Origin: the human T2T-CHM13v2.0 reference genome, Homo sapiens
Reading direction: 5' to 3' (one strand)
Assembly (NCBI RefSeq): GCF_009914755.1
Contig: NC_060925.1
DNA: 64,000 nt
A program made the translations under genes and the position numbers. The notes under the pieces were generated by a model. It was not told the DNA's origin. It worked only from the letters and a program-made list of their open reading frames with translations, and searched no databases. Positions 36,751 through 50,477 of this stretch are shown here, in pieces (position 1 is the stretch's first letter; each line of letters begins with the position of its first letter).

Positions 36751-37157
36751 GCATAGGATTCCAAAACAGTCTTCTGTGATCAGGGTACCGTGGACTGCTC
36801 AGGACAGCTGAAGCACAATTGTGAGACGTCGTGCAGTGAAAATCAAGACTGAAGAGTGAGGCTGTGACTGACACAGGGAGGACCTTCTGTGCTTCACCAG
36901 TTCAAGATTTTCACCTGCATTGTCCCTTCTTCCCAAGGCTCCCTGTAACACCATCGCTGATTGCCATTTGATGGTCTGCTTGAAGCCATTTCTCCTTTCA
37001 TCACCCATTTGACCCAATAAGACCCAAGACCACTTCTAGCTGGCTCTGAACAGAGATGGGTCATCTTCCTAGAAACAGTCACTAGGACAATGCATTGTCA
37101 CTTGTCCCTCTCATGAAACAACACTGTTTTCAGTGTTGGCCTTAAAAGCCAGAAGTG

Positions 37158-37583
<426 letters not shown>

Positions 37584-38054
37584 TTACCCACAGCCTTTTC
37601 CACACCCCTGCTTGGCCCAGAAAGAATCATTCTGCTGTCTGCCTGACATCTTGGAAGTGAATGCCCCAGCCGGCCCCATTACTCAGTGCCGGAGCGTGCT
37701 CTTCAGCATGAGCTGTCTGCAAACTGTTCACCCTCTATTCCTGCAGCAAACCCTGTCATTCTGCTAATGCTGGATGATCAAAACCACAGGCTCTGCTGCT
37801 CTGACTGACAGGCTGGAGACGAGCCATGAGCAATGCAGCCTGTCGGGGTCACGGCCCATACAGCCCATCGGCCAGGCAGCGGGTGTTCAGGCCAAAACTC
37901 CACGACCTTCTGTCTCCGTGCAGCCGAATGTCAGCCAGTGTTTATCCAGGCTCAAGCTAGGGAGGCCAGTCTCCAGACAAGGGGATCCTGGTTCAGGAGG
38001 CTATGGAGTCTTGCTGTACCTCCATCCAAAAGTCCCTGCTTCCTGAGTATCGAT

Positions 38055-38712
38055 GCCTCTGAGCAGCACCCACTGTACATGGCCATTTATGATACTGAGC
38101 AGTATCTCCAGCACCCTGGGAATCTGTGATGCTCAATGTTACTCCTCAGCATCTTGGGCATCTATGATGTTGAGTGGTACCCCCTCCAGCATCCTGAACA
38201 TTTATCATGCTGAGTGGCACCCCCATTATCATGGGCATCCTGAACATTTGTAGTGCTGAATTGTAGCCCATCCAGCATCCTGGGCATCTATGATGTTGAG
38301 TGGCAACCCCACAATCCTGGACATCTGATGCTAAGTGGTACCCCCTCCAGCATCCTGAACATTTATGATGCTGAGTAGCACCCCCACTATCCTGGGCATC
38401 TATGATGCTGAGTGGTACCACTTTCAGCATCCTGAACATTCATAATGCTGAGTTATACCCCCTCCAGCATCCTGGGCATCTGTGATGATGAGTGGTACCT
38501 CCCTGAGCATCCTGGGCATCTATGATGCTGATTGATGTCCCCAGCATCCCGGGCATCTATGATGCTGATTGATGTCCCCAGCATCCCGGGCATCTATGAT
38601 GCTGATTGATGTCCCCAGCATCCCGGGCATCTATGATGCTGAGTTGTACCCCCATTATCCTGGCCATTCACAATGCTGAGTGTTACCCCCAGCCTGTGGG
38701 GTACTTGTGACA
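38055..38712. repeat. 37-40-bp minisatellite, about 17 copies
   Basis: Consensus tgatgctgagtggtaccccctccagcatcctgggcatcta; three identical 37-mers at 38521-38631. Confidence 0.95.
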
Positions 38713-38719
38713 CTGCTGC

Positions 38720-38872
38720 ATATCTACAGATTTGTGTGTCTGTGTTCTCACTGGGCCATGAGCTCCCTGACAAAAGAAACTGTTGGACTCCTCCTCGTAT
38801 CATCAGTGCCGAAACCATGCGTCCCTTTGGCAGACGCACACTGAAGGCACGGTGCATGAATGAATGAATGCA
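38720..38872 (+). mobile_element. L2 3' end
   Basis: atgagctccctgacaaaagaaactg...atgaatgaatgaatg. Confidence 0.55.
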
Positions 38873-38974
38873 TGCATGATGCTTGAAGAGCTAAGCTGGA
38901 GATCATGGTGTCCTCAGGCCCAGTGTTTACATCCAGCTTCTTCCCTCATGGGAGAGAAGCATAAGGATTGGAAC

Positions 38975-39160
38975 TAGTTCCCAAATCTGGCTCTATATCT
39001 GAGCTCGTTGGAGGGCTTTGTAAAATAGTTTCCCAGAAACTTCCCTAAACTTACAGAATCAGATCTGTAGGAGTGCAGACCCCAGAATCTGTAGTTTGAG
39101 AAGATTCCCCAGGGAGATGTTCTCAGGCAGGGCCATGGAGCGGCCCTTGGGAAGCCTGGG
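38975..39160. mobile_element. MER5A-like hAT element
   Basis: gttcccaaatctggct...acagaatcagatctg..cccagaatctgtagtttgagaagattccccagg. Confidence 0.6.
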
Positions 39161-39534
39161 GACAGCATTGAGCATGCTCCTGCCGCAGCTCAAGCAAGAG
39201 AAAACTGGGCTTGGGTCAATGAGAGGCCAGCCATCCCCCAGGGCAATGGCTCCCAGCCGTGGCTCCACAGACCCTGGGGTGAACACTATAGTATAGACAG
39301 ACAGACAGCACCTGCACTGGGCTGCGTCTGACTCCAAGGCAGGTCTTGTTTTCTCCATCGAGCACTCAACAACATCCAGCAGTGAGAGGAATCAGACCAC
39401 AGGCCTCACAGTTGCAATCGGCACCGTGACCAGTAGAAGTAGACCTCTCTTTGAGCACAGCTAAATTTGAAAATACATCTCCACGGCAGAAAGAATTCAG
39501 TCTATGATGGAGGCTTGGCCTGGGAGGTGGAGTC

Positions 39535-39740
39535 GCACAGTAGCTGAGAGTACGGAGCTTTAGGATCAAACCTCCCTGATTCCAAGTCCCGGCACGACTG
39601 TTTACCAGCCCTGTGACCTTGAGCAAGTCACACAGCCCAGGGCAAGTCACAGGACCTCTCTCAAACTCGGTTTCCTCCTCTATAAAATGAAGTTAATGCT
39701 CAGCCCCACAGCCTGGGCTGCTGTGAGGACAGGAAGGGAT
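39535..39740 (+). mobile_element. MIR SINE
   Basis: ctgtgaccttgagcaagtcac...ctcggtttcctcctctataaaatg. Confidence 0.8.
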
Positions 39741-40427
39741 GAACCCACAGGGCACAGCAGCAGGGGGCTAACAGCATCTTCCTACACACGGAGCACTTAA
39801 AACAGGGGCATGTGCATGCGTGGAGTTTGCAAGGACACATCTGCTGTGTATGCTGACACACACTCGTGTGCACTGTGTGTGGTGGAGAGCGTGCCCCCCA
39901 GCCAGGAGCCCAGCACACAATCGCCAAGCAGCCTCAAATTCACCAACCAGATTCCAAACCAGCCAGGAAAGAAAAGGGGTTCTGAATGGGCTCAAATGCC
40001 TGGTCCATCCATGGCATCAGACAAAGGCCCGGCGTGATCTTGGCTCTGCCGACTCTGTTTGTGCCACTGACTCGCCCTCCTCTGTCTTCTTTGGGCCAGA
40101 GTCCCTCTCCATGGTGACCAGTTCCCTGGGGGAAGTTTCAGGCCCACCTTTTGTTCTCCTCCTCCTGTTTCTGGCTCACACAATGAGCTCACCTCCAGCA
40201 TGAAGGGAGTACCTCAAGCTGCCCTGACAAATCTCCCTCTGCAGGCCAGCCTGGCTCCAAACATCATCCCCACACTCCCGCTTCCTTCAAAGCCAGTGCG
40301 GTTGCTCTGCGGATGATCCCAGCTCCAAAGACAGATCTGGGCAGAACTACACAGGAAGGAGAGATGGAGAAGGTTCTGGATACCAAGGCCTGGCAAAAGC
40401 TCTGGGACAGCTTCGCAGCTCAAAAAT

Positions 40428-40696
40428 GCCTTCCTTCCTTTCTTCCTTCCTTCCTTCCTTTCCTTTCTTTCTTTCTTTTTCTTTCTTTCTTTCTTCCCTT
40501 CTTTTTCTTTCTTTTTCCTTCTTTCTTTCTTCCTCCTTCTTTCTTTCTTTCTTCCTTCCTTCCTTCTTTCCTTTTCTTTTTGAGACAAGGTCTTTCTATG
40601 CTGTCCAGGCTGTTCTCAAACTCCCAGGCTCAAGCAATCCTCCTGCCCATCCTCCCAAGTAGCTGCGATTATAAGCATGCACCACTGCACCCAGCT
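40428..40696 (-). mobile_element. FLAM/FAM-type Alu monomer whose tail is expanded to a ~150-bp (CTTT/CTTC)n tract
   Basis: Pyrimidine tract 40428-40581 then gagacaaggtctttctatgctgtccaggctg...accactgcacccagct. Confidence 0.85.
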
Positions 40697-40713
40697 TTCA
40701 GAAACGCATTTCT

Positions 40714-41003
40714 AGCCAGGCACTGTGGCTGATGCCTGTAATCCCAACACTTTGGGAGGCTAAGGTGGTTGGATCACTCAAGCTCAGGAGTTTGAGACCA
40801 GCCTGAATAACGTAGGGAGTCCCCATCTCTATAAATGATTTTAAAATTGGCCAGGCATGGTGGCACAGGCCTGTGGTCCCAGCTACTTGGAGACTGTGGC
40901 AGGAGGATCACCTGAGCCCATGAGATTGAGGTTGCAGTAAGACATGATCACACCAGTACACTCCAGCCTGGATGACAGAGTGAGACCCTGTCTCAAGAAA
41001 AAA
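40714..41003 (+). mobile_element. AluJ, full length
   Basis: ggaggatcacctgagccc and gagaccctgtctc J diagnostics; TSD aaacgcatttct/aaatacatttct. Confidence 0.92.
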
Positions 41004-41223
41004 ATACATTTCTGGCAACCTGCACATTAGCAACAGCGTGTGGTGAGCCTGAGTCTGCCCTCTTACCTCTGCCAGATTATACACTGGTACAGGATGCTGT
41101 ATGATGGCTGTGGGTACATGCTGGACTACAGGTCACTAACCGGCTACAGAGAAGCCAGGATGTTTGTCAGGAAGCACCCTTACCTTCAGTAGCTGGTGTC
41201 AAGGAGACAGCTGCACTTCTGTT

Positions 41224-41303
41224 CTAGGTTGGTGCAAAAGTAATTGCAGTTATTGCCATTATTTTCAATGGCAAAAACAGCAATTACTTTTGCACCAACC
41301 TAA
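41224..41303. mobile_element. MADE1 (Hsmar1-derived 80-bp MITE)
   Basis: taggttggtgcaaaagtaattgc...gcaattacttttgcaccaacctaa terminal inverted repeats, followed by TA. Confidence 0.95.
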
Positions 41304-41713
41304 TAGCAGACTCCAGCACAGACAGAGTCTTGGGGGCTGCCGGTTGGCCTGGCTAACCTGATGGTGCCAAGGTCTGATGGGGGCTGCTGCTCTGCTGCTC
41401 ACTCATCCTTGCATTTCTGCCTCAGGAAATACCCAGGAGTAGGGAATAGAAACTTTGTCTGGAGTCCCACACCTGCCTCCTCACCCCGCCTCAGGCTTTG
41501 GTTCCTTTTTCCATGGTCCACCATCAAGCTCACTCAACAAACACAGGGTACTTAGGAAATCATTGACAATGGTGGTTTTGGCCTTGCTTTCTGCAAGTAA
41601 CAGCAGCAGCCTCTACGGTGAAGCATCTCCTGCGATCATGCGAAGATCCTCCTAGGGTCATGCTAAGAGGTCATACTAAGTCCTCATTCCACCTGCAGAT
41701 ATTATTTATTACT

Positions 41714-42013
<300 letters not shown>

Positions 42014-44714
42014 TTATTACTTATTTTATCAGAAAGAAAACTGAGGCTCCAAGAGGTCACTGAAGTCAAACCACCCCAAAATTTAGAGTCTTAAACATCC
42101 ATGTTTATTAGCTCATGATTCTTGGCTTGGCCCCCTTGGCTTTTCCTCAATTCACCAGGGCTGTAAATGGCTGAGCACAAACTTGAACCACTAACCCCAA
42201 AGCCCATGCCCCTCTCCCCTACCCCATCCCACTTCCTAAGTCCTCCTCTTCAAGACTGAAAGAGCCTTATCCCACCCATTCATTTTCTACCTGAGGGGCC
42301 CGTGGCCCAGTGAAATGATGCACAGGATGTCTCAAGTTTGCACCTAAATCTGGGTTTGAAATGACAACACCCCTTGGTCCATGTCCTTCCCCTGGTCATC
42401 GCATCTTTATTTGTCAATGTATTACCCTGATGGGCCTTTGTGCTCTGACACCGCCACCATCTTCCCCAGTGGCAGGGAGATCCAGGAGCCAACGACAGGT
42501 CCTTTAAAGACCCTGGTGTGAAGACAATTGCTCCCTGGACCATCTGTTTCCTTCTGTGACTAAACTCACCACCAGTGCACCGGATTGAGTGCTGTGGATC
42601 TGTGCAGAGAAGGGTTCTCAGAGGTGAACGGGATTGGCTGGGAGGAGAGACGGAGAATCCTGGCATGTGGCACAGAGCCCGAAATAAACACCACGTCAAC
42701 ATCAAAGGTTCTCAATAAAACACTTCCTGGGCTCCTTGGTCACAGGGCAGTTCCATGGGGTTCAGAAGTAACTCTTCCTTCTCAGTATGTGGAGCTGCCT
42801 ACCACAACCCCCCCACCTCCAATCGCCTCCTTCTCCCATCTCCTCTGGCAAGCCAGCCTGAAAAGTGCTGAGGAGACCCTCAGCTCCTATGTCCTCCAAT
42901 CAGCCCCCTCTGCTTGGCCCATGTCATCTGTCCAGCTCAGAGTTCGGGGGACACCTGACACAGGCCACTCTGTGCCAGCCTTCATGCACTCAGCTGCCCT
43001 CTCCACTGGCCTGGTCCACCCCACACTGTCACTCAGCTGCCTCCACGGTGACCGTTTCCTAGGGAGAATAACAGGTTCTCTTTCATTCTTGTCCTTACTT
43101 GTCTTACTATTTATGGATGCACAATGACTCTCTCCAGCAAGAAGGACCCCCCTGCGGGTGCTTCAGCTTCTTCTGAATGTTCCCTTTTTCCGTGCTTTAC
43201 CTGCATGTGTGTTGCACGTGCTTCTTCCAAGGAGCTATGTGTGGTCCAAAGAGGGGAACAGTTGGATCCATGTCTGTTCTGTTTGCCTTCATGCCACATT
43301 CTCCGAAGTTGACTTCTGAATCTGAAGAGTCTGCACTTTTGAAGATTCTTTTTGGGGAAGGGTTTGACACAACACCCGCTCTTTGCCCCATGCAATATAA
43401 AAAAAAGAAAGTGCGCCATGCAGAGATGACCGTGTGATCCCAAATCCTAGAATTCTTGTCCATTTTATCAGCAAAAGATTGGGGAACCTGCCCTTGTTGG
43501 TCACAAGGCACTAACTGCCTGAAACTCCGAGCTGAGATGTGTTTCATGTGACTGTTTACTTCTCAAGCATGTGAGTTCAATGTTGTATCCATACGAGTGG
43601 CCAGCTTTCCCTGCGCGGTGACAGGCAGACCCAGGCTGCCTTCCTCTGTAGATTCACCATTCTCAGGACCTTGGAACTCCTGCCTCCAGCTTAGGGGAGA
43701 ACAAGGAGAGTGGAAACACCCAAAGCTGTTTTGAATAGCCTTGACCTGGAAGGGAGAAACATCCTACTCAGGGTCAACTGAAAAGAATTAGTTTCCCAGG
43801 CACAAGGGACCCAAGGAGGCCCAAGGAAGGTGTCTTCAGATGAGATGGCTACTTCCCAGGGCCAATTCAGCACTGGGGAAGGGAGAGAGAGGACATGCAT
43901 TTTTGTGGTCTCTGCCACAGAGTTACCTGCAAATCTTGCTTACAATACAGAGTGGAAATATGGCCTGGGACCTTCCCAGTGCAAACCACAGATCTTGATT
44001 TTCATGGAGTTACAACCGGACCCTGTGCAGCCCATTGACTGGGTGCTGCCCAGTGAGGACTCACCTGCCTGACCAAGAAGCCCACTGGGGTTCATCGCCC
44101 AGGGCCTGCCTCGGTAGGGATCCTGCCCACCCTCATTTACCTGGTGCCAGGCTGGTCCAAGGCACACCCAGGGCTGGCTAGGCATATGCACTCCCTGGAG
44201 GCCTCTGCAGACTCGTGCTCAGTGACCACAAGCTCCAGATGACACTGCTGAAATCCAGCCTTTGATTCCCTGATTCAAGTTCATGGCCTGATCCAGGCCC
44301 AGGAAGAATCCACCTGACCCTTCCCCTTCTTCCCTTCCTCAGGGTCCCATCATCTCACCTTTCTGGTGCCTTGTCCTTTTTGTTTGTCATTTGGTCACAC
44401 TTTCCTCTCACACATTCCCCCAAAATATCAAGCACCATGTGGAAAATCTGAAAGGCGTATCCTCATCGAGAACCTCCCAGCCTTGGGGTTGTGTTCTTGG
44501 CCAGAGCACCTCAATTTCCTCCCTCCTTGGGGCAGGCTCCCGACACCTTGTCCCCACCCTCTTTGTACCCACGTAACTTCATGCAGAACATTCTGGCTGT
44601 GTTGGGAATGAGAAGCAAATGGCTAAAGTAAGACAGTCGGTGGAAGACTGCACCCAAGTTCTTCCTGTGCTTAATAAAGCTGATTTTTTTTCCTTGCTTG
44701 AGCAATAATTGTGT

Positions 44715-45003
44715 ATTGACTAAAGTTTTTCACATGCAGAAAAGTAGGTTACAAAATAAGAAATATATATATTAACTCTAATCCCACCAGGAAAATGTTG
44801 ATACACTTACTTCTTTACCTTTTGTCTTTTTGGTATGGGTGGCTTTGTTTTAATGTACTGGAAATCATAATGCTGGTAGGATTTTAAAGCATATTACACT
44901 TAATATTGTGCTGTGGGCGTGTTACATTCGGTTCTATCATCCTTGGCCACTTATTTTGAGGGATTTCATAATATTCCATGGAGTGGGATTCTATGACTTA
45001 GCT
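44715..45003 (-). mobile_element. Ancient L1ME-like 3' fragment
   Basis: AT-rich with cataatattccatggagtgg-type L1M 3' UTR motif; weak. Confidence 0.45.
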
Positions 45004-45007
45004 ACAT

Positions 45008-45335
45008 CTGTCCAGTTTCAGTCAAGAAAACAGAGAAGCCACTCCAGGTATTCCAGCAGGAGGGTTTTCATACAGGAAATTTGGGGCTAAAATAACTGTT
45101 GAAGGGGCTGCAGGTGGAAGGTCAGGGAGACCACCACCCCTCTTGGCTTCCTGCAGCAGGGAAGTGGATGGTTTGTGGGGGCCCTCTGGGAAGCCCCTGC
45201 AGACCTCACATTCACTGTCTGCCAGCAGCTACTGCTGAGGGCGGAGCCTCCTGCATCTCATGTGGGTGCCTCTCCTGGGCAGATGGTAATCCAGGACCAT
45301 GGAGGAGGGGGTGCCAGGAAACGCAGCTCCAGGCT
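45008..45335. mobile_element. Ancient LTR remnant (family uncertain)
   Basis: tccagtttcagtcaagaaaacagagaagccactccaggtatt resembles old ERVL/MaLR-type LTR ends. Confidence 0.4.
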
Positions 45336-46149
45336 ATCCCCGCGAGGGTGCAGAGGAGCATGTGGACAGGATGGCAGCAGAGCCCAGTTGACCAATGCCC
45401 CTCCTTCATGTGGCCCATTCTCTACTGTTGGACTTGTTGTTTCCTAATGTTCGCTGAATTTCTCTCTCCCACAATACCATCAGGAGTATTTCTCTGGGGG
45501 AGTCCCGGTCTCCTTGGTGAGCTTCCATCACTGGAATGCATGCCTCCTTATCATGGAGGATTCCCAGAGGAACCCCTGTTTTCTCTGGTCCTCAGGGAGC
45601 CAGCATTCTTGTTCCTGGTGTAGGTGTGCCTAGCAGGTGGGTCCTTAGAGGCAGATCCCAGGAGCACAAAAAGGGACAGGTCCAGGAACCCAAAAGTGTG
45701 AATAGCGCCCTCTCTCCCTTCCCTATTTCCCACATCCATAGAAAGCCCATCTGAGGTCAGAGAAAAGACATCCTTGCATGACAGGCAGCGTGGGAGAAGC
45801 AGCTGCAGGTTTCTTGGATGCTATTGCCTGGGACCGGCAGTCCTTTCGGCTTGGGATGTTCAGGGTCTCTGCAAACACAGAAAACTCACTGTGAATCGCT
45901 GCTCCGTAGATGAATGCAGCAGCCCACAGAAGAGCATTTTTGGGGCTCTTCATTCAACTGTTTAAGTTCATTGCAAAGAAGGGAGAGAAGGTGAAGTTGC
46001 AGGAGAGGAAAAAGGCTGACCAGGGCTGGGCAGGTCTACAGTGCAGGTTTCACGGTGTCCTTCCCACAAGGTGTCTACCGTATGGCCCAATCTGACCAGT
46101 GGGCAGAAAAGTCTATGAGGGCTGAATAGTCTCAGTATTCACCAGTCTT

Positions 46150-46650
46150 CAAAGGCTGCACTTTGCTCTGAGAATTAAACCAAAACTCCAGACTCCAAGG
46201 CTCTGTGTGAACTGGCTCCTGCCCAGCTCACCCACCTTGTCTCCTGCCACTTTTCCTGGGGTCTAGACGCTCTGGCATGTCCCCAGTTCCTCAGACCCAT
46301 GGATTCATTGGCACTGTCTCCCACAGATGCTCCTCCTTCAGCCTGGACCGTCTTCTACCGGTCACTTCATTGCTGTCCTTGGCACTGTCTGCCAAGTCTC
46401 TGCAGTAAGGTGCCTTCTCTCATGGCCTTCCCCTCCAACCCTGTCTCAAGCAGCCTCCACCCCCAGCAATTTCCTCTTTTGCCACCTCTGTGTTTCCTTC
46501 GTTCACAAAATGGGTAATTCCTCTGCTTTTCTAACTTCCCTTTGGGTTGTGTGTCTGTCTTCCCTTCATGACCGTAAGCTGCAGGAGAGCTCAGGTCTTG
46601 CTTGTTCTGTTTCTTTTGGACTCTCTAGCTCTCAACCATCCCCAGCTCAG
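46150..46650 (+). mobile_element. L2 LINE fragment
   Basis: gaattaaaccaaaactcc..caaggctctgtgtgaactggctcctgcccagctc; gaccgtaagctgcaggagagc. Confidence 0.6.
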
Positions 46651-46811
46651 AAAACATCCTTACACAGAAAGGATGGAGATGTGTTTGCCCCCTAGGCAGC
46701 AGCCAGCACAAGATATGCCGTCTGATTCAAAACATAAGAGGTGAAATATTTGGGGTTCTGCTTCCTGGGGTGAGTCTGGTGTGCTCAAGGTTAACAGAAT
46801 GACGTAGCCAC

Positions 46812-47288
46812 TGGTGTGGATTGAATTGTGTCCCCTTGGGGAAAAAAAATATCATATGTCAAGGTCCTAATTCCCAGCACTTCAAAACGTGACTTTATTT
46901 GGAAATAGAGTCATTGCAACGTAATTAGTTAAAACAAAGTTGTTTTGGAGTAGGGTGAGCCCTGATCCAATATGACCAGCACCTTTATAAAAAGGGGAAA
47001 TTCAGACACAGACACGCAAACCTGGAGAACACCATGTGAACATCGAGGCGAGATTCGAGCAATGTGTCCACAACCGAGGAACACCAAGGACTGCCAGCGA
47101 CCCCCCGAGCTGGAGAGAGGCTTGGAACAGAGCCTGCCTCACAGCCTCAGAAGGAAACGACCCCTGCCCACACCTTGATCTTGGACTTCTAGCCTCCAGA
47201 ACTGTGAGCAATAAACTGTTAATTAACCACCTCCCCGCACCCCCGCTGTTTGTGTTACTTTGTAAGGCAGCCCTTGCAAACTCACAGA
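46812..47288 (+). mobile_element. MLT1C-like solo LTR
   Basis: ggattgaattgtgtcccc...gtgactttatttggaaatagagtc...cacaccttgatcttggacttctagcctccagaactgtgag. Confidence 0.88.
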
Positions 47289-48584
47289 ACCCTGTTATTC
47301 CCGACATCTGGGAGCACATCAGCTCTGGGCAGCTCCACTCTGGGTCCAAGGTCAGGACTCCCCGTCACAGCCCAGGCCTTATGGAGAGAGGTCAGGACTC
47401 CTGTGAGGCAGCACACCGGTGCTGCCCCGCCACCTGCCCTACCCTCTTACCCTCTCCACAAACTGGATCCTGTTGCCAGGCTGTCTCCCACCTGCCACTC
47501 CAGAAATGCAGAGAATCGAGAGTGATAGCCTCAAGGCAATCCCAGCCCTAGGTTCCAGAGTAGGGGTGAGCAGAAAGGAAAACAGGGCTGGGTCTCTGAG
47601 AGGGAGGCGGGGCTCACCCAGAGGGCCAGCCTTGGCGCTATGCCAGGTCCTCAGCCCGTTTTCATCCATCTACATTATCTCTGGCATGGAGAGAGACCGG
47701 GCTGCCTCCCAGACCACGGACAGAAGCTGCTGACTCCTGTAACCTCGCCCACTTCCTGTGCAAACTGCTAACGGCAGCACATTGCCGACAATCGTCCCTG
47801 CTGTGCCTGTGGAGGCTGCCCTCCAGCAGATGCTGCTTTCATTCTGGCTGGAAGTGACTGTCTGGCTTGAGTGGGGCATCTCTCCAAGCCATAACCCCAT
47901 TCCAGAAATGTGATCACATCTCTAAAAGTGGGGCCTGGCAACTGGAGAAGGTGAAGTGAAAAGGAAGGGCAACATTTAGTGCCATGAGGTGTGGACGTGT
48001 GAGGAAGGCTTTCCCCAGGTGGGGTGGGAGTGGGCTGGGGGCAGCCAGGTCTGGGGTCTGCAAGTCTCTTTCCAAGTCCTGTTCAGAGGTGGGATCTGGG
48101 CAGGATGTCCAGGTGTCGGCAGCAAGGTCAGAGGCCCTGGCTCTCATTCCTTCCAATGTTATGGGAAACCAGTTTCCTACATGAGCAGGGATGGAGGTCA
48201 AGAGCCACAACTGCCTTTAACATGAGAAGCAGTGCCGAGGGTGTAATAAGCTCTGGGAACATGACCCAGTACAGCACCCATGTCCTCCTCACCCCGGAAG
48301 CCCTTGTGAGCCTCTCCCGGATGCTTGGCAGGAAGACCTCACTCCCCGGCACTCCTGGCCCTCACCTGGGTATGTCCTACGGCCCTCTCCTAATTCCACC
48401 ATGAGACCAGGAGCCACAGGACAATGACAGCCACAATGGTGATAACCATGATACTTAATCCATCAACAAAAATTGCCAGAGTGCCTAATTAACACCGGAC
48501 TTCACTCAAAGCCCGGGGATGCAGCAATGGATGGGACAGACACGCTTCCTGTTCTCCCATAGGTGACATTCTAATAGAACTGAG

Positions 48585-48830
48585 GATAATATCAATAACA
48601 GCTGGCTTTCTGGAGCCCTTGCTGTGTGTGAGGCATTGTATTTATAAGTACTTTAACTGCATGATCTCTGTTAATCTTCAAAACCACCTTATGAAGTGAG
48701 GGGTACGATTATCACCCCCATTTTACAAGTGAGGAAGTTGGCACACAGAAGTTAGGAGATTGGCCCCAGGTTGTACGCCAAGGATAGCTGGGAGAGAAAA
48801 AGGCTAGAATCCCAATTAATTGTTGGGTTA
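48585..48830 (-). mobile_element. MIR (MIRb-like)
   Basis: attatcacccccattttacaagtgaggaagttggcacacagaagttagg. Confidence 0.8.
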
Positions 48831-50477
48831 TCACCTCTACCAACTGGTAACATGTCATTCTCCTCGTAGCCTCTATCCCACCTTCACAGAGAGAGGTTTT
48901 GGGCATGTTTAGAGAATCAACAGCAGTCCTCACCCTGGCCGTGGGTTTTGGTGTAAGTGTCTGGGGCTGGCACAGCCCCTCCTGAGGGAAGAGTAGCCCA
49001 TTGGCTTCCCACCCGAGGATCAGGGCTAAGGCCCAGCCTAGCTATAGAAGCAGAGAAGGCTGGCATTGGGGCTACAGCAGAGATCCATACTCCGTAAGCA
49101 TTTTACACATTCCCTCTGAGGAGCTTCTACAGACATTTGGGCTGATAAACCTGAAATCTCTAGAAAGCATCTAATTAATGCGTCTTCCCAAGTAGAATGT
49201 TTTAGTAATTGCTGTTCAAGCAACAGAAAAGTTGAGAAAGCTTTTATTACAAGTGCTGCAGGGACAGATAGAGATCCACACGGCTGCTTCTCGCAGGCAC
49301 TGGCTCTCTCTCCCGCAACCTATTGACATCCATTAACATTCTTCCAGCTAAAAAAAAATGCATCTTATTCTAACACTCTCCGTAGGCAGGAAGCTGGGCA
49401 TTGAATTACTGAGCCTGAGTAATTGCCCGTAGGCATTGTGATGGAAAATGGCAGAAATCGCAATGAGTCACAGGGTGTTGGAAAGGTAACTGTTTGGTGA
49501 CGATAATTCTTCAAGGATAATTTCATTAATGGAAGTGGGAGACAAGGCGTGTGCCAGTGAATACTGTATATGTGTATATACATATCCACGGACATACATC
49601 TAGTGTTTAAAAACGGCTGAATGTAAACGGGTATGTATGTGTCTGCCTTTTTAATGAATGCCTGAACGCTGAATGGTAAAGCACCATTCAGAAGTGATTT
49701 GTGATAATCACACGGGGGAGAAATCCTTTAAGTGAAAGGAAATGGGAACAAGGATATTTCAAGCGTAGATGTGAAAAGCTTCTATTTGATTCGGGGCCAC
49801 AAAGGATTCAAAAGACATCAAAGCATTGACAGACTGAATAGCTTCCACCAAAGGAAGAAGTTCCCCGCACTGGAATTTAACACGAGATAAACCAAGTACA
49901 AATCCCCGTGCTGGAGAAGGTTATTGAGGGAAGACACTGGGTGCCGGTGGGACTGCAAGGGAATCCCAAATCCTGCTCTGCCTTGCCCAGGCTACCCTCA
50001 GGTTAGATCCTCTGCATCTGAACCAAAACAGGCTTCTGCTTTGCAAAATGAACAGAGTTGTGTGCTTTGAATGAGGCAGCTACTCTGTGTACCACATCCG
50101 ATGTGTTGGGATAAAAAAAAAATCAGACTGGACATTTATTTAGGACTAAACTTTGTCCACCTGAAGAGTGTCTTCCCCTTCTCCACAGGTGCACCCCACC
50201 TTCCCCAGCGCTCTGCCCTCTCCTCCCAATCAACACAAATGACACAGGGTAGGAAATGACAGTGTCCTTTGCAACATGAGGCTTCAGAATTAGAGTCTGG
50301 GCAGTGTTTTCATTGACAACCCTGATAGATTTTTTTGTTTTTGTGGGAGCCAGTCCCAGAGCCAACCCAGCCCAGAAATAGAGATATGGCTTTCACACTG
50401 AACTGCACCAGTTCCTATTATACTCCATGTTTTTAAATTGAGGTAAACTTCACATAACACAAAATTAACAATGAACC

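Noticed and set aside
38055-38712. CRISPR-like array (palindromic 37-40-bp period)
   Set aside because: The variable parts are short and related to each other rather than unique spacers; no cas genes; primate repeat context.
42680-42722. Tandem AATAAA signals (also near 13900-13955 and 44672)
   Set aside because: Hexamers alone are common and no linked upstream exon can be shown; 3'-end sequencing would be needed.
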